From the NCBI GenBank assembly GCA_036172245.1, contig JAYWIR010000018.1:868001-932000 (forward strand): DNA of 64,000 nt, written 5' to 3'. This document shows, in pieces, positions 62,250 to 64,000 of this stretch; position 1 is the stretch's first letter; each line of letters opens with the position of its first letter. The notes below the pieces were generated by a model. It made no database searches. It saw only the letters and a list, made by a program, of their open reading frames with translations, and was not told where the DNA came from. The position numbers and the translations under genes are program-made. This DNA comes from Raillietiella orientalis (Eukaryota).

Positions 62250-64000
62250 GCTGAAGATGGGCACCTCGAAAGGACGCGGAACACGGCGGCAGAATGTTCC
62301 GCCTAGGGTCCCTTGGAGGGAGGCACTCCACGTCCTTGGATGCGTGCGATGCACAAAGTGCGACGGGACGCGTGCACTCCACGACATCTGAAACGGCGCC
62401 GTAGAGTGCGGAGGAGAGACTAACGTGACCGGCGAATCTACTCTCTTCCTCCAGGTGGGTCTTCTACGGGACGAAGCGTTTGGGGAAGAACAAGACATCC
62501 GCGTTTGTCAAGTGCATCGTTACCCTGCGACGGCATCTGCTTTCTCGTGCAGTCTCCCTGAATCCTGTCGGTCCAGACTTGAGAGATGCGGCGACAACTC
62601 AGCTTCCTTCAACCGGCGATTCCCTGGACTTCCACTGCGGGAGAAGATCCTTCCAGCATCCGTGCTGCTCTCCCCTTTCTCGAAGCCTCTTAGTGAACAT
62701 CTGAAAGCACCGTCTTCCGTCCATCCCCAGAGCCTTCTCTAGCAGCTCATCAGAGGGGGCGCATCTTCCTGCTGTCGGGAAGAAACGGCTGCCGACAGCA
62801 AGTTGCCCGCAAAGCAGAAGAACCGGCGCCACCGCTGAGGGGCCACGTCCTCCCCTCCGCTCCCCTCCTCCCCCTTGGCGCGACGCAGCGACATGCGAGG
62901 AAGGCTGAAGCTTCGGGTGGCGTAGCAGCATGGCGTGGTGGACTCGCGCGGACAGGCCTCAACGCTTTCCAGAATGTTTCAGAGCTCCCCCCTTCGACCC
63001 TTTTCTGCCCCACAGGCAGTCGCGCACGGATGGCTCTGGATGCCCCTTATCGCCTCTCCCCCCCCCCCCCCTTCAACCATCGGCGCGAGATCGCCCTCTT
63101 CACCCTCAAGAGCACTGCGGCCGGTGCTCTTCCCGTTTCAGCTTTCCTGAGCCTCTTCGCCGGCGAGAAGATCTGCGAATCCTTGCGGAAGTCCATCCCG
63201 GCGGCAACCACGATCTTCGACTCCCATTTGAAAATCCGGCTGGTCCACCATACTGAGCGTGCTCGTTCGCCTGCTAGCTCGAGGTGGGTCGCTTCTCCTC
63301 CTCAAAGAACTCCTCGACACCACGGAGCAGGATGGCGGCGACCCTCCTTCCTTCGGTCGTCTACCCGAGGTGTTAGGAAAAACCTACAATGAACCACAAA
63401 GAGGTTTCGCGGGAGACACTCGGAAGTAGGAGTAGAAGCTCCCCTCTTGGCAGGACAAGCATCTTCTGTGAGAACTCCTCCCGTGCTTCTGACAGGACAA
63501 CAAGAAGCCCAAAAAAGCAGATGGAGCTGATTTTCCTATAGTAGGAGAGGAAGGTTCCTTCCTCCCCCGGAGCGCCCGGAGACCTCGGGGCCACCTCCAG
63601 CGGGAGGAATCTCGCGATCCTGAGCTTGGTGTTGCCACCGCACGATGGAGCACCCCATCTCTCCGGTCCCCGGAAAGTGCCTCGGAGGTCGCTGGGAACG
63701 GCGACGGAGTGCCCTCTGGGGTCGGCATATGCGGAAGGCGTGTGGGCATGCTGAGTCTTCTGGCGGGCACACATCTGCCAGAGGTGCCCGCTCAGCGTGG
63801 CCGTCGGCTCCCCTGAGCTCCTCGTCAAGCCGATGAGGGAGGGGGGGGTGAGCACCGACATGGCGTCACTTCACCTCAGCAAAGAGGCTGCCTCGACCCA
63901 GTCCAGCCTCAGAGAGAGTTTCCGGAAGCTCTCCGCACGGGGCTGAAGCGCATCGCTTCCTTGGAGACCAAGCACCAGTACCAGACGCTGGCTCTCGGTG
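62250..64000 (-). mobile_element. R2-like remnant running off the window end
   Basis: SAYADP (AYADD-like) ~63730, CFFGLL (YLG-like) ~63510, FTKRLRERG..TNADV (REL region) ~62500-62700. Confidence 0.45.

Noticed and set aside
1..64000. CRISPR array, rRNA/tRNA genes, telomeric repeats, prokaryotic operons
   Set aside because: No regularly spaced repeats, no extended rRNA/tRNA similarity, no (TTAGG)n or (TTAGGG)n runs, and no gene-dense architecture seen.

Overview
Eukaryotic, probably animal/invertebrate, repeat-graveyard DNA with no intact host gene. Almost the whole window is a nested mosaic of heavily decayed (frameshifted, stop-riddled) non-LTR retrotransposon fragments on both strands: many L1/Tx1-like pieces (APE endonuclease, RT, GGLG thumb, CxxC..E..H..C zinc finger), many R2/NeSL-like pieces (RT, thumb, CCHC/restriction-like endonuclease), and a few RNase-H-bearing or R1/Jockey-like pieces. 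Most ORFs in the supplied track are GC-rich or antisense shadows. The one host-derived sequence is a 5'-truncated, intronless NADP-isocitrate dehydrogenase pseudogene (~56.8-57.3 kb, minus). The most notable signals are non-coding: (i) a three-module structured 3' end shared by up to ten diverged retroelement copies (pseudoknot-like CTGCCG..CGGCAGGTTC, a GTGG..CCAC hairpin, and an AATAAA-CCGG-N4-5-CCGG-GTG terminal hairpin) with compensatory changes; (ii) a 448-bp near-identical inverted core (2 mismatches) inside diverged flanks, bracketing 13.2 kb; (iii) a 59-bp palindrome; (iv) a C-free island with a hammerhead-like core; (v) a lone 28S R2-target-like motif. TE family calls rest on degenerate motifs read by eye, and TE boundaries are approximate.
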